DNA of 64,000 bases from an uncultured Acidimicrobiaceae bacterium. Lineage in GTDB: Bacteria; Actinomycetota; Acidimicrobiia; Acidimicrobiales; RAAP-2. The notes under the pieces are model-generated. The model was not told where the DNA came from. It did not search any database and was given only the letters and a program-made list of their open reading frames with translations. The stretch spans positions 62,812 to 126,811 of the forward strand of contig CAWILW010000002.1 of NCBI GenBank assembly GCA_963837125.1. Reading direction: 5' to 3'. Positions 55,526-64,000 of the stretch are shown here, piece by piece. Position 1 is the stretch's first letter. Every line of letters begins with the position of its first letter. The position numbers and the translations under genes are program-made.

Positions 55526-56320
55526 GTGTTCCTGTGGCACTGGGTCCAGAACCACCGGCTGTTGACCGTCCTGGTCCTCGCACTGGTGATCGTGAGCTCG
55601 GCCGGCGGCACGGCGTGGGCCCTCGTCTTCCGCACCGTGTCCTCACCGGTCGGCCTGCGCGAGGCGTTGCGCATGTACCGCAAGGAGCAGACGGGCAAGG
55701 TGCTGGCGTCGCTGCGGGACCGGCTGCCGACGCCCGGGGTGTACCAGTACCGCACGAGCGGGGGTGAAGGCCTCAGCCTGATGGGAGTCCAGCGCTCCTT
55801 CCCCTCGACCACCTCCATGGTCGTCGGCGGTGGGAACTGCGCCACCGTGAGCTGGGTCCCGATCACCGAGCACACCGAGACGACGACCGAGTGCGCCGGC
55901 GCCGGCGGGTCGCTGACAGTGCCCCGGCTCGTGACCGAGGAGTCGATTGCCGGGACCTCGACGACGTCCACCGTCCGCTGCCCCTCGACGGCCTATCTTT
56001 TGCCTGCCGGCGCGCACGACGGCCAGCGCTGGTACGCCATGTGCTCCCTCGCCAACCCCGCCGAGAAGGTCGCACTGTTCGGGGAGGTGCTCGGTCCCGC
56101 GACGATCGCGGTCGGCGGACGCGCCGTCGCCGTCGAGCACACCAGGGTCACCCTCAGCTACGCGGGGTCCGAGCGGGGCACCAACCCGACCGACTTCTGG
56201 ATCGTCCCGGGCAGCGGCCTCATCGTGCGCGAGCGCGAGTCGGTGGGTGTCGCCCAGGGCGGCGTCCGCTACAGCGAGACCATGGAGGCGACGCTCACCG
56301 GGCTGGACCCGGCGCGCTGA
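55526..56320 (+). CDS. membrane-anchored hypothetical protein
   Basis: It has an N-terminal TM anchor (LLTVLVLALVIVSSAGGTAWALVF) and a Cys-containing extracytoplasmic domain of about 220 aa. I recognised no family. Confidence 0.5.
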   Translation: MFLWHWVQNHRLLTVLVLALVIVSSAGGTAWALVFRTVSSPVGLREALRMYRKEQTGKVLASLRDRLPTPGVYQYRTSGGEGLSLMGVQRSFPSTTSMVVGGGNCATVSWVPITEHTETTTECAGAGGSLTVPRLVTEESIAGTSTTSTVRCPSTAYLLPAGAHDGQRWYAMCSLANPAEKVALFGEVLGPATIAVGGRAVAVEHTRVTLSYAGSERGTNPTDFWIVPGSGLIVRERESVGVAQGGVRYSETMEATLTGLDPAR

Positions 56321-56393
56321 CCCGGCGCACCGCCCAAGCACGCGCTGACCCGGCGCACCGCCCAAGCGCGCTGACCCGGCACACCGCCCCGGC
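56314..56393. repeat. 26-28-bp tandem repeat x3 (gcgctgacccggcgcaccgcccaagc)
   Basis: The copies lie at 56314-56341, 56342-56367 and 56368-56393 (the third diverged). The stop codon of the upstream CDS lies inside copy 1. Confidence 0.9.
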
Positions 56394-56413
56394 GCGCCGG
56401 ACGGATCAGTCGC

Positions 56414-57580
56414 TCAATCGCCCGTCGCCGTCCCAGCCGCCGCGGCGGCAGCCTCGGCCCGGTCCCGGGCGACCGCGTCGTAGGATTCGTAGTCGGACCC
56501 GGTGTCGTCGGCGAACTCGAACTCGAGGAGCCCGGCCTCGCCCCACTTCTGGCGCAGGTAGCCGTCGTTGGCGTCGAGCAGGCCGAGCTTGCGCACGTTG
56601 GGGACCAGCTTGGCGAAGAAGCCGCGGGCGAACCCCCGCATGGGGTTGAGCTTCGCCTTCTGGGCTGCCTCCATGATGAAGGGGAAGACGTCCTCGGCCG
56701 TGGTCCCCATGCGCTCCCACACCTCGGGCGTCGTGGCGCGGGAGCGGGAGTTGAGCGTGGAGTCGACGAGGAACTCCTGGCGATCCTTCAACTCGGCCTC
56801 GCTCATGTCCTGGTAGAGCTCGGACAGCGTGAGCACGCCGAAGGCGACGTGGCGCGCCTCGTCGGACATGACGTAGCGCAGGAGCTTGGCCAGCAGGGGC
56901 TCCTTCGTGCGCCGCAGCATGTCGCCGAAGGCGGCCAGCGCCAGCGACTCAATCACGATCTGCATCCCGAGGTAGGCGATGTCCCAGCGGGAGTCCTCGA
57001 GCAGCGACCAGATCTGCTCCTTGAGGAACGGGCTCATCGGGTAGGCGTCGCCGAGCTTGGTGCGGAGATACTTGGCGAACACCTCGGTGTGCCTGGCCTC
57101 GTCCATGGTCTGGGTCGACGCGTAGTACTTGGCGTCGATCCACGGCACCGTCTCGACGATCTTGGCCGCGGTCATCATGGCGCCTTGCTCGCCGTGCATG
57201 AACTGCGAGAGGTTCGCCTTGAAGAACTCGATCCCGAGTTGCGAGTACTCCTTCTCCGTCCACGAGGCCAGCGGCGAGCCGGGCAGTGTGCCCGCCACCC
57301 GCGCTACGGCCAGCAGCGGGCTGTCCTGCTCGGCCACGAGGCGCTCGGGGTCGACGTCGGTCGACCAGTCCAGGTCGGTGACGCTGTTCCACTGGGAGCC
57401 CATCGCCTTGTTGTAGAGCGTGACCAGCTGTCCCCGGTCGCGCTCGTAGTCCCACAGGAACAGCCGGTCCGCGTTGTCGTGGATGACTTGGACGGCCGCC
57501 TCCATGTCCCGCCGGCCCGGTACCTGAGGGGTGACGTCCGCGGTCCCTGACACGGGAGGTGTCGCCTCGGACATGGACAC
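56414..57580 (-). CDS. ferritin-like diiron oxygenase (AurF / p-aminobenzoate N-oxygenase-like family)
   Basis: It has two E...DExRH diiron motifs (HGEQGA...MDEARH and IESLA...SDEARH). Confidence 0.75.
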   Translation of the reverse strand: MSMSEATPPVSGTADVTPQVPGRRDMEAAVQVIHDNADRLFLWDYERDRGQLVTLYNKAMGSQWNSVTDLDWSTDVDPERLVAEQDSPLLAVARVAGTLPGSPLASWTEKEYSQLGIEFFKANLSQFMHGEQGAMMTAAKIVETVPWIDAKYYASTQTMDEARHTEVFAKYLRTKLGDAYPMSPFLKEQIWSLLEDSRWDIAYLGMQIVIESLALAAFGDMLRRTKEPLLAKLLRYVMSDEARHVAFGVLTLSELYQDMSEAELKDRQEFLVDSTLNSRSRATTPEVWERMGTTAEDVFPFIMEAAQKAKLNPMRGFARGFFAKLVPNVRKLGLLDANDGYLRQKWGEAGLLEFEFADDTGSDYESYDAVARDRAEAAAAAAGTATGD

Positions 57581-57584
57581 GAAC

Positions 57585-58499
57585 CTACCCCCGCCGCCCG
57601 CCCATGTTGGCGTTGGGCGCCGCCTTGGCCACGAGGTCGGGCACGATCTTGCCCAGCTCGGCGGGGTCCCAGCGGTCGCCCTTGTCCTGGCCGGGCCCGG
57701 CCACCCAGCCTTCGGCCACGCTGATGTTGCCGCCCATCACGTTGAAGACGCGGCCGGTGATGTCCTTGGACTCCGGGCTGCCCAACCAGACCACGATCGG
57801 CGCGATATTGGCGGGGTCGACGGGATCGAACTCCTCGGGCTTGCGCTCAGCCGTGGCGTTGCCCATGCCCAGGTTCTCGGTCATGCGCGTGAGCGCGGCC
57901 GGCGCGATGGCGTTCACCGTGACGCCGTAGCGCCCCAGCTCCATGGCGGCGATGATCGTGAAGGACGCGATGCCGGCCTTGGCGGCGCCGTAGTTCGTCT
58001 GACCCACGTTGCCGTAGATGCCAGACGGCGACGTCGTGTTGATGACCCGGGCGTCGTTCGTCTCGCCGGCCTTGGTCCGGTTGCGCCAGTACTCGACGGC
58101 GTGGCGGGTCGGGGCGAAGGTGCCGCGCAGGTGCACCTTGATCACGGCGTCCCACTCGTCGATCGTCATGTTGACCAGCATCCGGTCGCGCAGGATGCCG
58201 GCGTTGTTCACCAGCACGTCGATCGTCCCGAACGTGTCGATGGCGCTCTGGATCAGCCGGCCGGCCCCGTCCCAGTCCGACACGTCGTCCCCGTTGGCCA
58301 CGGCCTCGCCGCCCATGGCGCGGATCTCGTCGACCACTTCGCCGGCGGGCCCGGTGGACGACCCGCTGCCGTCCATCTCGCCGCCGAGGTCGTTGATCAC
58401 GACCTTGGCGCCCTCATGCGCAAAGGCCAGCGCGTGCTCGCGGCCGATGCCTCGGCCGGCTCCGGTGATGACGACGACCCGTCCGTCACAGATACCCAC
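57585..58499 (-). CDS. SDR-family oxidoreductase (MFE-2/Hsd4A-N-terminal-like)
   Basis: It has ITGAGRGIG, NNAGI and YGAAK. It is a paralogue of 2212-3162. Confidence 0.85.
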   Translation of the reverse strand: MGICDGRVVVITGAGRGIGREHALAFAHEGAKVVINDLGGEMDGSGSSTGPAGEVVDEIRAMGGEAVANGDDVSDWDGAGRLIQSAIDTFGTIDVLVNNAGILRDRMLVNMTIDEWDAVIKVHLRGTFAPTRHAVEYWRNRTKAGETNDARVINTTSPSGIYGNVGQTNYGAAKAGIASFTIIAAMELGRYGVTVNAIAPAALTRMTENLGMGNATAERKPEEFDPVDPANIAPIVVWLGSPESKDITGRVFNVMGGNISVAEGWVAGPGQDKGDRWDPAELGKIVPDLVAKAAPNANMGGRRG

Positions 58500-58504
58500 G
58501 TTGT

Positions 58505-60115
58505 TCAGCTCCTTTGGTCTTGGTCGGTGCCGGCCTGGATTTGGTCATCGCCGGCCGAGGCCGCCCGGTACTGTTCGCGCAGCTTTCTCTTGAAGATCTT
58601 CCCAGTATCCTCCCGCGGCAGCTCGGAGACGAAGTCGACGCTGCGAGGGCACTTGAAGTGGGCCAGTCGCTCACGGCAGAACTCCATGAGCTCGGCGGCC
58701 AGCTCGTCGCTCCCGACCACGCCCTCGGCGGGCTGCACGACTGCCTTGACGACCTCGCCCCACTCCTCGTCGGGTATCCCGATGGTGGCCACGTCGCCCA
58801 CGGCCGGGTGCTCCAGCAGGACCGCGTCCACCTCGGCCGCGTAGATGTTGACGCCGCCCGAGATGATCAGGTCGGCCGTGCGGTCGGTCAGGAACAGGTA
58901 GCCCTCCGCGTCCATGTACCCCATGTCGCCCAGGGTGAAGTAGTCGCCGCGGAAGGCCCCCTTGGTCTTCTCCTCGTCCCCGTAGTAGTCGAACTTGGTG
59001 GCGGCGGGGGCCTGGAGGAACACCAGGCCCACCTCGCCGGGGGGCAGCTCGTTGCCGGCGTCGTCGCCCACCTTGACCAGCCCGGGCACCATCGGGCGGC
59101 CGACCGTGCCCGGGTGGGCCAGCCAGGTCTTCGAGTCGACCAGCGTGCCCAGGCCCTCGGTGGCGGCGTAGTACTCGACCACGACCGGCCCGAGCCACTC
59201 GATCAGGCGCTGCTTCACCGGCACCGGGCAGGGGGCCGCACCGTGGATCACGAAGCGCAGCGACGAGGTGTCGAAGCGCTCCCTCGTCTCCTGGGGGAGC
59301 GAGAGCAGCCGGTGGAACATCGTCGGCACCATGTGGGTGTGCGTGACGCCGTACTCCTCCACGAGGCGGAGCGCCTCGACGGGTTCCCAATGGTCCATGA
59401 TCACGACCGGCACGCCATAGAGGAACGGCACCGCCACCGAGAAGGCCAGCGGCGCGGCGTGGTACAGCGGGCCGGTCAGGAGGTGCGCGTCCGTGCTGGT
59501 CGCCCAGTCCTCGTCGTAGCCGCAGAAGTTCACGGTGGCCAGCGCGCTGACGGCTGCGTGGTCGCGGTGCACGCCCTTGGGCCGTCCCGTCGTGCCCGAG
59601 GTGTAGAGCATCTGGGTGCCGAGCGTCGGATCGTCGATGTCCGAGCCCTCCTCGGCGGCCACGACCGAGTGGTACATCTCGGAGCCGGGCAGGTATCCCC
59701 CCGTGTTGATCTTCACCAGGCCCGGCCCGCCCGCCTCCGCCGCGACGGCGACCTTCTCTCCCAGCTCACCCGAGCAGATGAACGCCTTGGCCTGGCAGTT
59801 CTCGACGATGTAGGCGGCCTCGGGTCCGGTGAGGTGAACATTGATGGGCGTGAACCGCAGGCCGATGCGCTGGGAGGCGTAGAGGACCTCCACGAACTCG
59901 GGCCGGTTCGTGCACATCAGGGCGATGGAGTCGCCCGCCTGCAGGCCGCGCTCCCGCAGCGCCCGGCAGAGCCGGTTGATGTCTGCGTTCAGGTCCTCGT
60001 AGGTGCGGTCGCCGTGCGGGGTCGCCAGCGCCAGCCGGTCCGGGATCCGCGCGGCCCACCAGGCATGCAGCATCCCCTGCGCCGCGGCCTGGCGCATGTC
60101 CTCGGGCACGCTCAC
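58505..60115 (-). CDS. acyl-CoA synthetase (AMP-dependent ligase, FadD-like)
   Basis: It has the AMP-binding motifs YTSGTTGRPKGV and GDMGYMDAEGYLFLTDR. The start is GTG 60115 or ATG 60097; the ORF-track start at 60187 lies inside a tandem repeat. Confidence 0.85.
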   Translation of the reverse strand: MSVPEDMRQAAAQGMLHAWWAARIPDRLALATPHGDRTYEDLNADINRLCRALRERGLQAGDSIALMCTNRPEFVEVLYASQRIGLRFTPINVHLTGPEAAYIVENCQAKAFICSGELGEKVAVAAEAGGPGLVKINTGGYLPGSEMYHSVVAAEEGSDIDDPTLGTQMLYTSGTTGRPKGVHRDHAAVSALATVNFCGYDEDWATSTDAHLLTGPLYHAAPLAFSVAVPFLYGVPVVIMDHWEPVEALRLVEEYGVTHTHMVPTMFHRLLSLPQETRERFDTSSLRFVIHGAAPCPVPVKQRLIEWLGPVVVEYYAATEGLGTLVDSKTWLAHPGTVGRPMVPGLVKVGDDAGNELPPGEVGLVFLQAPAATKFDYYGDEEKTKGAFRGDYFTLGDMGYMDAEGYLFLTDRTADLIISGGVNIYAAEVDAVLLEHPAVGDVATIGIPDEEWGEVVKAVVQPAEGVVGSDELAAELMEFCRERLAHFKCPRSVDFVSELPREDTGKIFKRKLREQYRAASAGDDQIQAGTDQDQRS

Positions 60116-60617
60116 GGCCGGACCCCGCTTTCGGTCCCACTCGGGGCCCGCTCTCGGTCCCACTCTGGGGCCCGCTCTCGGTCCCACTCTCGGGCCGGAA
60201 CAGCGGCAGCTGTCGGCCGTCGCTCAGCGGCTCCCAGGTCACCGTGACGGCCAGGCCGCACCGGACCTCACCGGGCGGGCAGCCGACGACGTTGGTCATC
60301 ATGCGCACCCCCTCCTCCAAGTCGACGAGGGCGACGCAGTAGGGCTCGCCTCCCGAGAACGCGGCGCCGGCCGCCTCGGGCCGGTGCTCGACCACGGCGG
60401 CGTGCACGGTGGCCCGCCCGCTCGCGGTGCGCCACTCGAGCGCGGAGGTGAGCGCCCCACAGTGCGGGCAGAAGACACGCGGGTAGAAGACGCCCCGGTC
60501 GCACGCGGTGCACCACTGGACGAGGAGCCGCCCTTCCCGGGTTGCCTCCCAGAACGGCCCGCTCTCAGCACCGACCGGCGGCTCCATCCGGGTCGCCTCG
60601 GTGGGTGCACCGGTCAC
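60112..60617 (-). CDS. DUF35 OB-fold / Zn-ribbon protein, reading frame disturbed in the 3' tandem repeat
   Basis: It has a Zn-ribbon (CTACDRGVFYPRVFCPHCG) and an OB fold up to ...LPLFRP. The uncorrected ORF runs on to 59766 as Arg/Pro-rich out-of-frame sequence. A 1-nt correction near 60143 would end it at TGA 60112-60114. Confidence 0.7.
60120..60192. repeat. 24/25-bp tandem repeat x3 at the DUF35 / acyl-CoA ligase junction
   Basis: Two 24-bp units lie at 60145-60168 and 60169-60192, differing at 1 nt (ggcccgctctcggtcccactctgg versus ...ctcg). A third, diverged 25-bp unit lies at 60120-60144. Confidence 0.9.
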
Positions 60618-60645
60618 CGCACGCCTCCGTCACACGATGGCGCGG

Positions 60646-61821
60646 TCACAGGACCGCTTCCGTCCCGAGCACGGCGGTCGACATCACGGAGAGGAGGATG
60701 CCAGAGCCGTGGGCCACCGCGACCTCGGCGCCCTCGACCTGGCGCTCGCCGCATTCGCCGCGCAGCTGGCGCACGGCCTCGGTCACGAGGAACATGCCGT
60801 ACATGCCCGGGTGGGTGAACGACAGCCCGCCCCCGTTGGTGTTCATGGCCAGCGGGCCGCCCCCCGGGCCGAGCGTCCCCTCGGCGGCGAAGGGGCCGCC
60901 CTCGCCCTTCTTGCAGAACCCGAGGTCCTCCAGATGGAGGAGCGCCGTGATCGTGAAGCTGTCGTAGCCCATGAGCACGTCGACGTCGGACGGCGCGAGG
61001 CCGGCCATGGCAAACGCATTGGCGCCCGAGACCGCGCCGGGCGTCGTGGTCAGGCCGGGCATCTGAGTGATCCCGAGGTGGTCCGTAGCCGTCGCGGCCC
61101 CCAACACGTAGACGGGCGGTTTGGGCAGGGACCGGGCCCGCTCCGCGCTCGTCATCACGAACGCGCCGGCGCCGTCGGTGACGAGGCAGCAGTCGAGCAG
61201 GTGGAGCGGGCTCACCTGCAGCGGAGACGCGAGCACGTCGTCGATGGTCAGCAGGTCCCGGTACCTGGCTCGGGGGTTGCGCGCCGCCCACTCGCGGGTG
61301 CTCACCGCGATCTGCGCCAACTGCTCGGACGTGGTCCCGAACTCGTACATGTGGCGGGCCGCCGCGAGCGCGTAGGGCCCCATGGGCGTGCGCAAGCCGT
61401 ACGGAAGGTCCCACTCGACCATGGGGTTGGGCCCGGGCACCGGGCCGCGGAAGCGCCGGCGCCCGCGGGTGCGGTCGCTGCGCGGGGTGGAGGCGTAGAC
61501 GCTCACCACCACGTCGCACACCCCCGCGGCGATGGCCGCGGCGGCGTGCTCGACGTGGACCTCGTAGCTGGAGCCGCCGGTCATCGTCGACTCGGTGAAG
61601 GTGGGGTGGATGCCGAGGTACTCGGCCAGGGCCACGGCGGATTCGGCGTGGCAGACGCCGTCCACCTCGGCCAGGGTCAGGCCGGCGTCCTCCAGGGCGC
61701 CGAGCACCATGGCCACCTCGAGCTCGCGCCCGGTTCGCTCGAGCTCGCCGGTGGGGGAGACGTCGTCGTCGACGCCCACGATCGCTGCCGCCCCCCGGAA
61801 CGTCCGGTCGACCCGCTGCAC
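60646..61821 (-). CDS. thiolase-like lipid-transfer protein (SCP-x-type)
   Basis: It has a thiolase fold (NTNGGGLSFTHPGMYG) and a GTG start. It is followed by a DUF35 gene, as in the 43490-45107 pair. Confidence 0.85.
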   Translation of the reverse strand: MQRVDRTFRGAAAIVGVDDDVSPTGELERTGRELEVAMVLGALEDAGLTLAEVDGVCHAESAVALAEYLGIHPTFTESTMTGGSSYEVHVEHAAAAIAAGVCDVVVSVYASTPRSDRTRGRRRFRGPVPGPNPMVEWDLPYGLRTPMGPYALAAARHMYEFGTTSEQLAQIAVSTREWAARNPRARYRDLLTIDDVLASPLQVSPLHLLDCCLVTDGAGAFVMTSAERARSLPKPPVYVLGAATATDHLGITQMPGLTTTPGAVSGANAFAMAGLAPSDVDVLMGYDSFTITALLHLEDLGFCKKGEGGPFAAEGTLGPGGGPLAMNTNGGGLSFTHPGMYGMFLVTEAVRQLRGECGERQVEGAEVAVAHGSGILLSVMSTAVLGTEAVL

Positions 61822-61851
61822 TGTTCCGGCCCCGACCCCTGCCGTCGAGAA

Positions 61852-63195
61852 CTATGCGTTCTTGGGCAGCTGCGAGAAGGGCGTCACCCGGTCGTTGTTG
61901 GGCTCCTTCGGCAGGCCCAGGACGCGTTCCCCGATGATGTTGCGCTGCACCTGGTCGGTCCCGCCGTAAATGGGGGGCGCCTGGGCGAAGAGCGCCATCT
62001 CGGTGATGCCGCCCGCGAAGGGATCGCCGGTCACGTGCTTGAGGGCGGCCTTGTCGTCGCTGTCGTAGGCGTGCAGCATCCCGGCCGGGCCCGAGATGCG
62101 CAGACCGAGGTCGCGGGTGAGGCGCACGATCTGGCTCATGGAGAGCTTGGCGACGTTCGGCATGCCCGGGATGTCGCCGCCCTGCTCCTTGACCGCCTTG
62201 AGGCGCAGGCCGTTGAACCGGCCCAGCTCGCCGAGGGTGTGGAGCCGGGCCAGGTCCTGGCGGATGCCGGCGTCGGTGTTGACCCCGCGTGACTGGGCCA
62301 GGCTGATCAGGAGGCCGGCGCCCCCGCGCATGGCGCCGAGCGCGCCGCCGGGCTGCTGGGACTTCTTGGCCCCGCCCGCCGACGGTGCCAGGCCGGCGAC
62401 GTCGCCGACCCGCCGGGCGAGGAAGCCCATCACGGTGCCGGGCTGGGCCAGGCCGCCCCCCGCCGCGCTGCCGCCCCCCGAGCCGAGGCCGGCGCGCTCG
62501 TTCATGAGCGTGGTGTTGGCCGCAGCCCATCCGTTGTTCACGCCGCCGATCAGCGCCGAGTCGGCCACCCGGGCGTCGGTGATGAAGACCTCGTTGAAGA
62601 GTGCGTGCCCTGTCATCTCCTTGAGCGGGCGCACGTCGACGCCGTCCTGGAGCATGTCGAAGGCGAAGTACGAGATGCCCTGGTGCTTGGGCACCTCGGG
62701 GTCCGTGCGGGCCAGGAGCATGCCCAGGTCGGCGTACTGGCCGCCCGAGGTCCACACCTTCTGCCCGTTGACGATCCACTCGTCGCCGTCCTTGACCGCA
62801 CGCGTCTGCAACCCCGCGAGGTCCGACCCGGCCTGGGGCTCGCTGAAGAGCTGGCACCAGGCCTTCTGCCCGGTGACGATGTCGCGTACGTACAGGTCGA
62901 TCTGCTCCTGGGTGCCGTGCGTGGCGATCGTCGGCGCGGCCAGGAGGAGCCCGAGGCCCGCCGGAGGGCCGAGCGCGCCGGACGTGGCGATCTCCTGCTG
63001 GACCAGGACGACATCGGACCGGGCCATCGCCTTGCCGTAGGCGTTGGTGGGCAGCCCCGGCGCAGCCCAGCCGGAAAGGCCCAGCCGCTCCCACCACTCG
63101 GCGACCGTCAGGTCGGGGTCCCAGTTGTTGCCCAGCCAGGCCCGGAGCTCGCTCAGGAGCTCGTCGGTGCCGGTCGTCTCGATCGTGTCGGTCAC
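61852..63195 (-). CDS. acyl-CoA dehydrogenase family protein
   Basis: It has ACAD motifs (LFSEPQAGSDLAGL, WIVNGQKVWTSGG, C-terminal IYGGTDQVQRNIIGE). Confidence 0.9.
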   Translation of the reverse strand: MTDTIETTGTDELLSELRAWLGNNWDPDLTVAEWWERLGLSGWAAPGLPTNAYGKAMARSDVVLVQQEIATSGALGPPAGLGLLLAAPTIATHGTQEQIDLYVRDIVTGQKAWCQLFSEPQAGSDLAGLQTRAVKDGDEWIVNGQKVWTSGGQYADLGMLLARTDPEVPKHQGISYFAFDMLQDGVDVRPLKEMTGHALFNEVFITDARVADSALIGGVNNGWAAANTTLMNERAGLGSGGGSAAGGGLAQPGTVMGFLARRVGDVAGLAPSAGGAKKSQQPGGALGAMRGGAGLLISLAQSRGVNTDAGIRQDLARLHTLGELGRFNGLRLKAVKEQGGDIPGMPNVAKLSMSQIVRLTRDLGLRISGPAGMLHAYDSDDKAALKHVTGDPFAGGITEMALFAQAPPIYGGTDQVQRNIIGERVLGLPKEPNNDRVTPFSQLPKNA

Positions 63196-63260
63196 AGCGC
63201 GAAGTTACCCGGCCGTGCGGAACCGGGCGACTCGGCCGGAACCTGGGTAGCGTCGGCCGG

Positions 63261-64000
63261 ATGCAGGACGACCGCCTCAATGCGGCATTCGACGCGTGGG
63301 TCACGGCGCAGACGGCGGCCCTCGACGTCGTCCGGCAGGCGACGGAGGTCCCCGAGACAGACGTGGACCTGGCCGAGGGCTACCGGTGGGTGACGCGCCT
63401 GTCCCGCCTGGCCCTGGACTGGATCGTGGAGCGGTCCGACCCGCTGCACCCCCAGCTCTTCACGCTCCAGGACGACTACCGCAAGCTGCTGGTCGACAAC
63501 CCCGACGTGCACTACCTCTTCAGCGTGCTCGACGACTCGCGCTCGTACCGCCTCGTGGGGTACCGCGGCGAGTGCGCCTACCTCGGCATGACGTTCGGCA
63601 CTGCCTTCGGGCAGGGGCAGGTCGGGGGGCGGACCGGCACGCAGACCCAGACCCACATTGACGCCTTCGAGCTCGGCCCCAACGGGGAGGTGGACATCCT
63701 GATCGCGCCGGCGGCGAAGATGCCCGACCCCCGCCCGCGCAACGCCGTCGTGCTCGAGCCGGGCACGGCGCAGCTGGCGATCCGCGAGACGCACTTCGAC
63801 AAGCGGCCCGAACACCTGTCCCGGCTGCGCATGGAGCTGGTGCCCGAGCCGGGTGAGGTGGTGCCGCCACCGATCCTCTCCAGCGAGGAGCTGGCGCCCA
63901 AGCTCGAGTTCGCCGCCATGTTCCTCACCTTCGTCGGGGGAACAGCGCTGCAGATGTGGCACGACGCGGCCACCAACACGAACACCTTCGGCGGCCAGGC
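63261..64000 (+). CDS. hypothetical protein, 3'-partial (DUF1214-like, tentative)
   Basis: I translated this myself and it is not in the ORF track because no stop lies in the window. The ATG 63261 frame is open to the window end, with strong GC3 bias. It reads MQDDRLNAAFDAWV...EGYRWVTRLSRLALDWIVERSDP...YRLVGYRGECAYLGMTF. Confidence 0.55.
   Translation, partial: MQDDRLNAAFDAWVTAQTAALDVVRQATEVPETDVDLAEGYRWVTRLSRLALDWIVERSDPLHPQLFTLQDDYRKLLVDNPDVHYLFSVLDDSRSYRLVGYRGECAYLGMTFGTAFGQGQVGGRTGTQTQTHIDAFELGPNGEVDILIAPAAKMPDPRPRNAVVLEPGTAQLAIRETHFDKRPEHLSRLRMELVPEPGEVVPPPILSSEELAPKLEFAAMFLTFVGGTALQMWHDAATNTNTFGGQ

Noticed and set aside
56314-56393. Tandem repeats (also 60120-60192, 49486-49593 and 43377-43483) read as a CRISPR array.
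   Set aside because: The units are directly adjacent with no spacers, number only 2-6 copies, and no cas genes lie in the window.
60614-63304. An 896-aa ORF spanning the thiolase and ACAD genes on the same strand in another frame.
   Set aside because: Its composition (Arg/Pro/Gly/Asp runs) is that of out-of-frame translation. The alternative frames encode recognisable thiolase and ACAD proteins. Similar long shadow ORFs at 5968-7461, 21638-23554, 42665-44428 and 46511-48238 were rejected for the same reason.

Overview
The window is a very GC-rich, densely coding chromosomal segment. Its gene content points to Actinomycetota: a mycothiol-type class III alcohol dehydrogenase, an F420/LLM oxidoreductase, an MMPL transporter, DprE1/DprE2, a DUF222-HNH protein and PspC-type sensors. 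I support about 64 protein-coding genes and found no rRNA, tRNA or CRISPR array.

Main blocks:
- 1-11.1 kb: an oxygenase-rich catabolic cluster with a Baeyer-Villiger monooxygenase, a Rieske oxygenase, two hydrolase families, an LLM oxidoreductase and an aldolase. A nearly identical 21-bp imperfect palindrome sits in both of its divergent promoter regions.
- 11.5-17 kb: membrane and secreted proteins. These include a divergent pair of COG4315-like paralogues and an SRPBCC gene interrupted by an in-frame TGA.
- 17.0-27.2 kb: eleven co-directional minus-strand genes, ten of them joined by start/stop overlaps. They comprise an OmpR-type two-component system, a small membrane ORF, ApbE, a bis-heme ferric-reductase-like protein, a NuoF-like flavoprotein, a mini-ferredoxin, a putative phosphodiester glycosidase, and UbiA-DprE1-DprE2 for decaprenyl-phospho-arabinose synthesis. 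I rank the ApbE / ferric-reductase-like / NuoF-like / ferredoxin module as the best candidate for an uncharacterised system.
- 27.4-46.2 kb: mixed functions, including DedA, a GGDEF-EAL protein, a fused EtfB-EtfA, an MFS transporter, GGT, an amidohydrolase, a DUF222-HNH element and a thiolase/DUF35 pair.
- 46.2-52.8 kb: an envelope-stress neighbourhood with MMPL, a cNMP-binding protein carrying a His-rich 18-bp tandem repeat, a DUF1707 protein, a PspC protein, a PspC-domain histidine kinase and a LuxR-type regulator.
- 52.8-64 kb: cysQ, csp, a carotenoid-oxygenase-like gene and a beta-oxidation-like operon (acyl-CoA dehydrogenase, thiolase, DUF35, acyl-CoA ligase, SDR, AurF-like diiron oxygenase).

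Several short tandem repeats lie at gene boundaries. One is linked to a frame disruption (DUF35); a second disruption, in the PspC gene, lies at a C6 homopolymer next to another repeat.

All functional calls rest on motifs read from the translations and on my recollection of the families. No database search was run.
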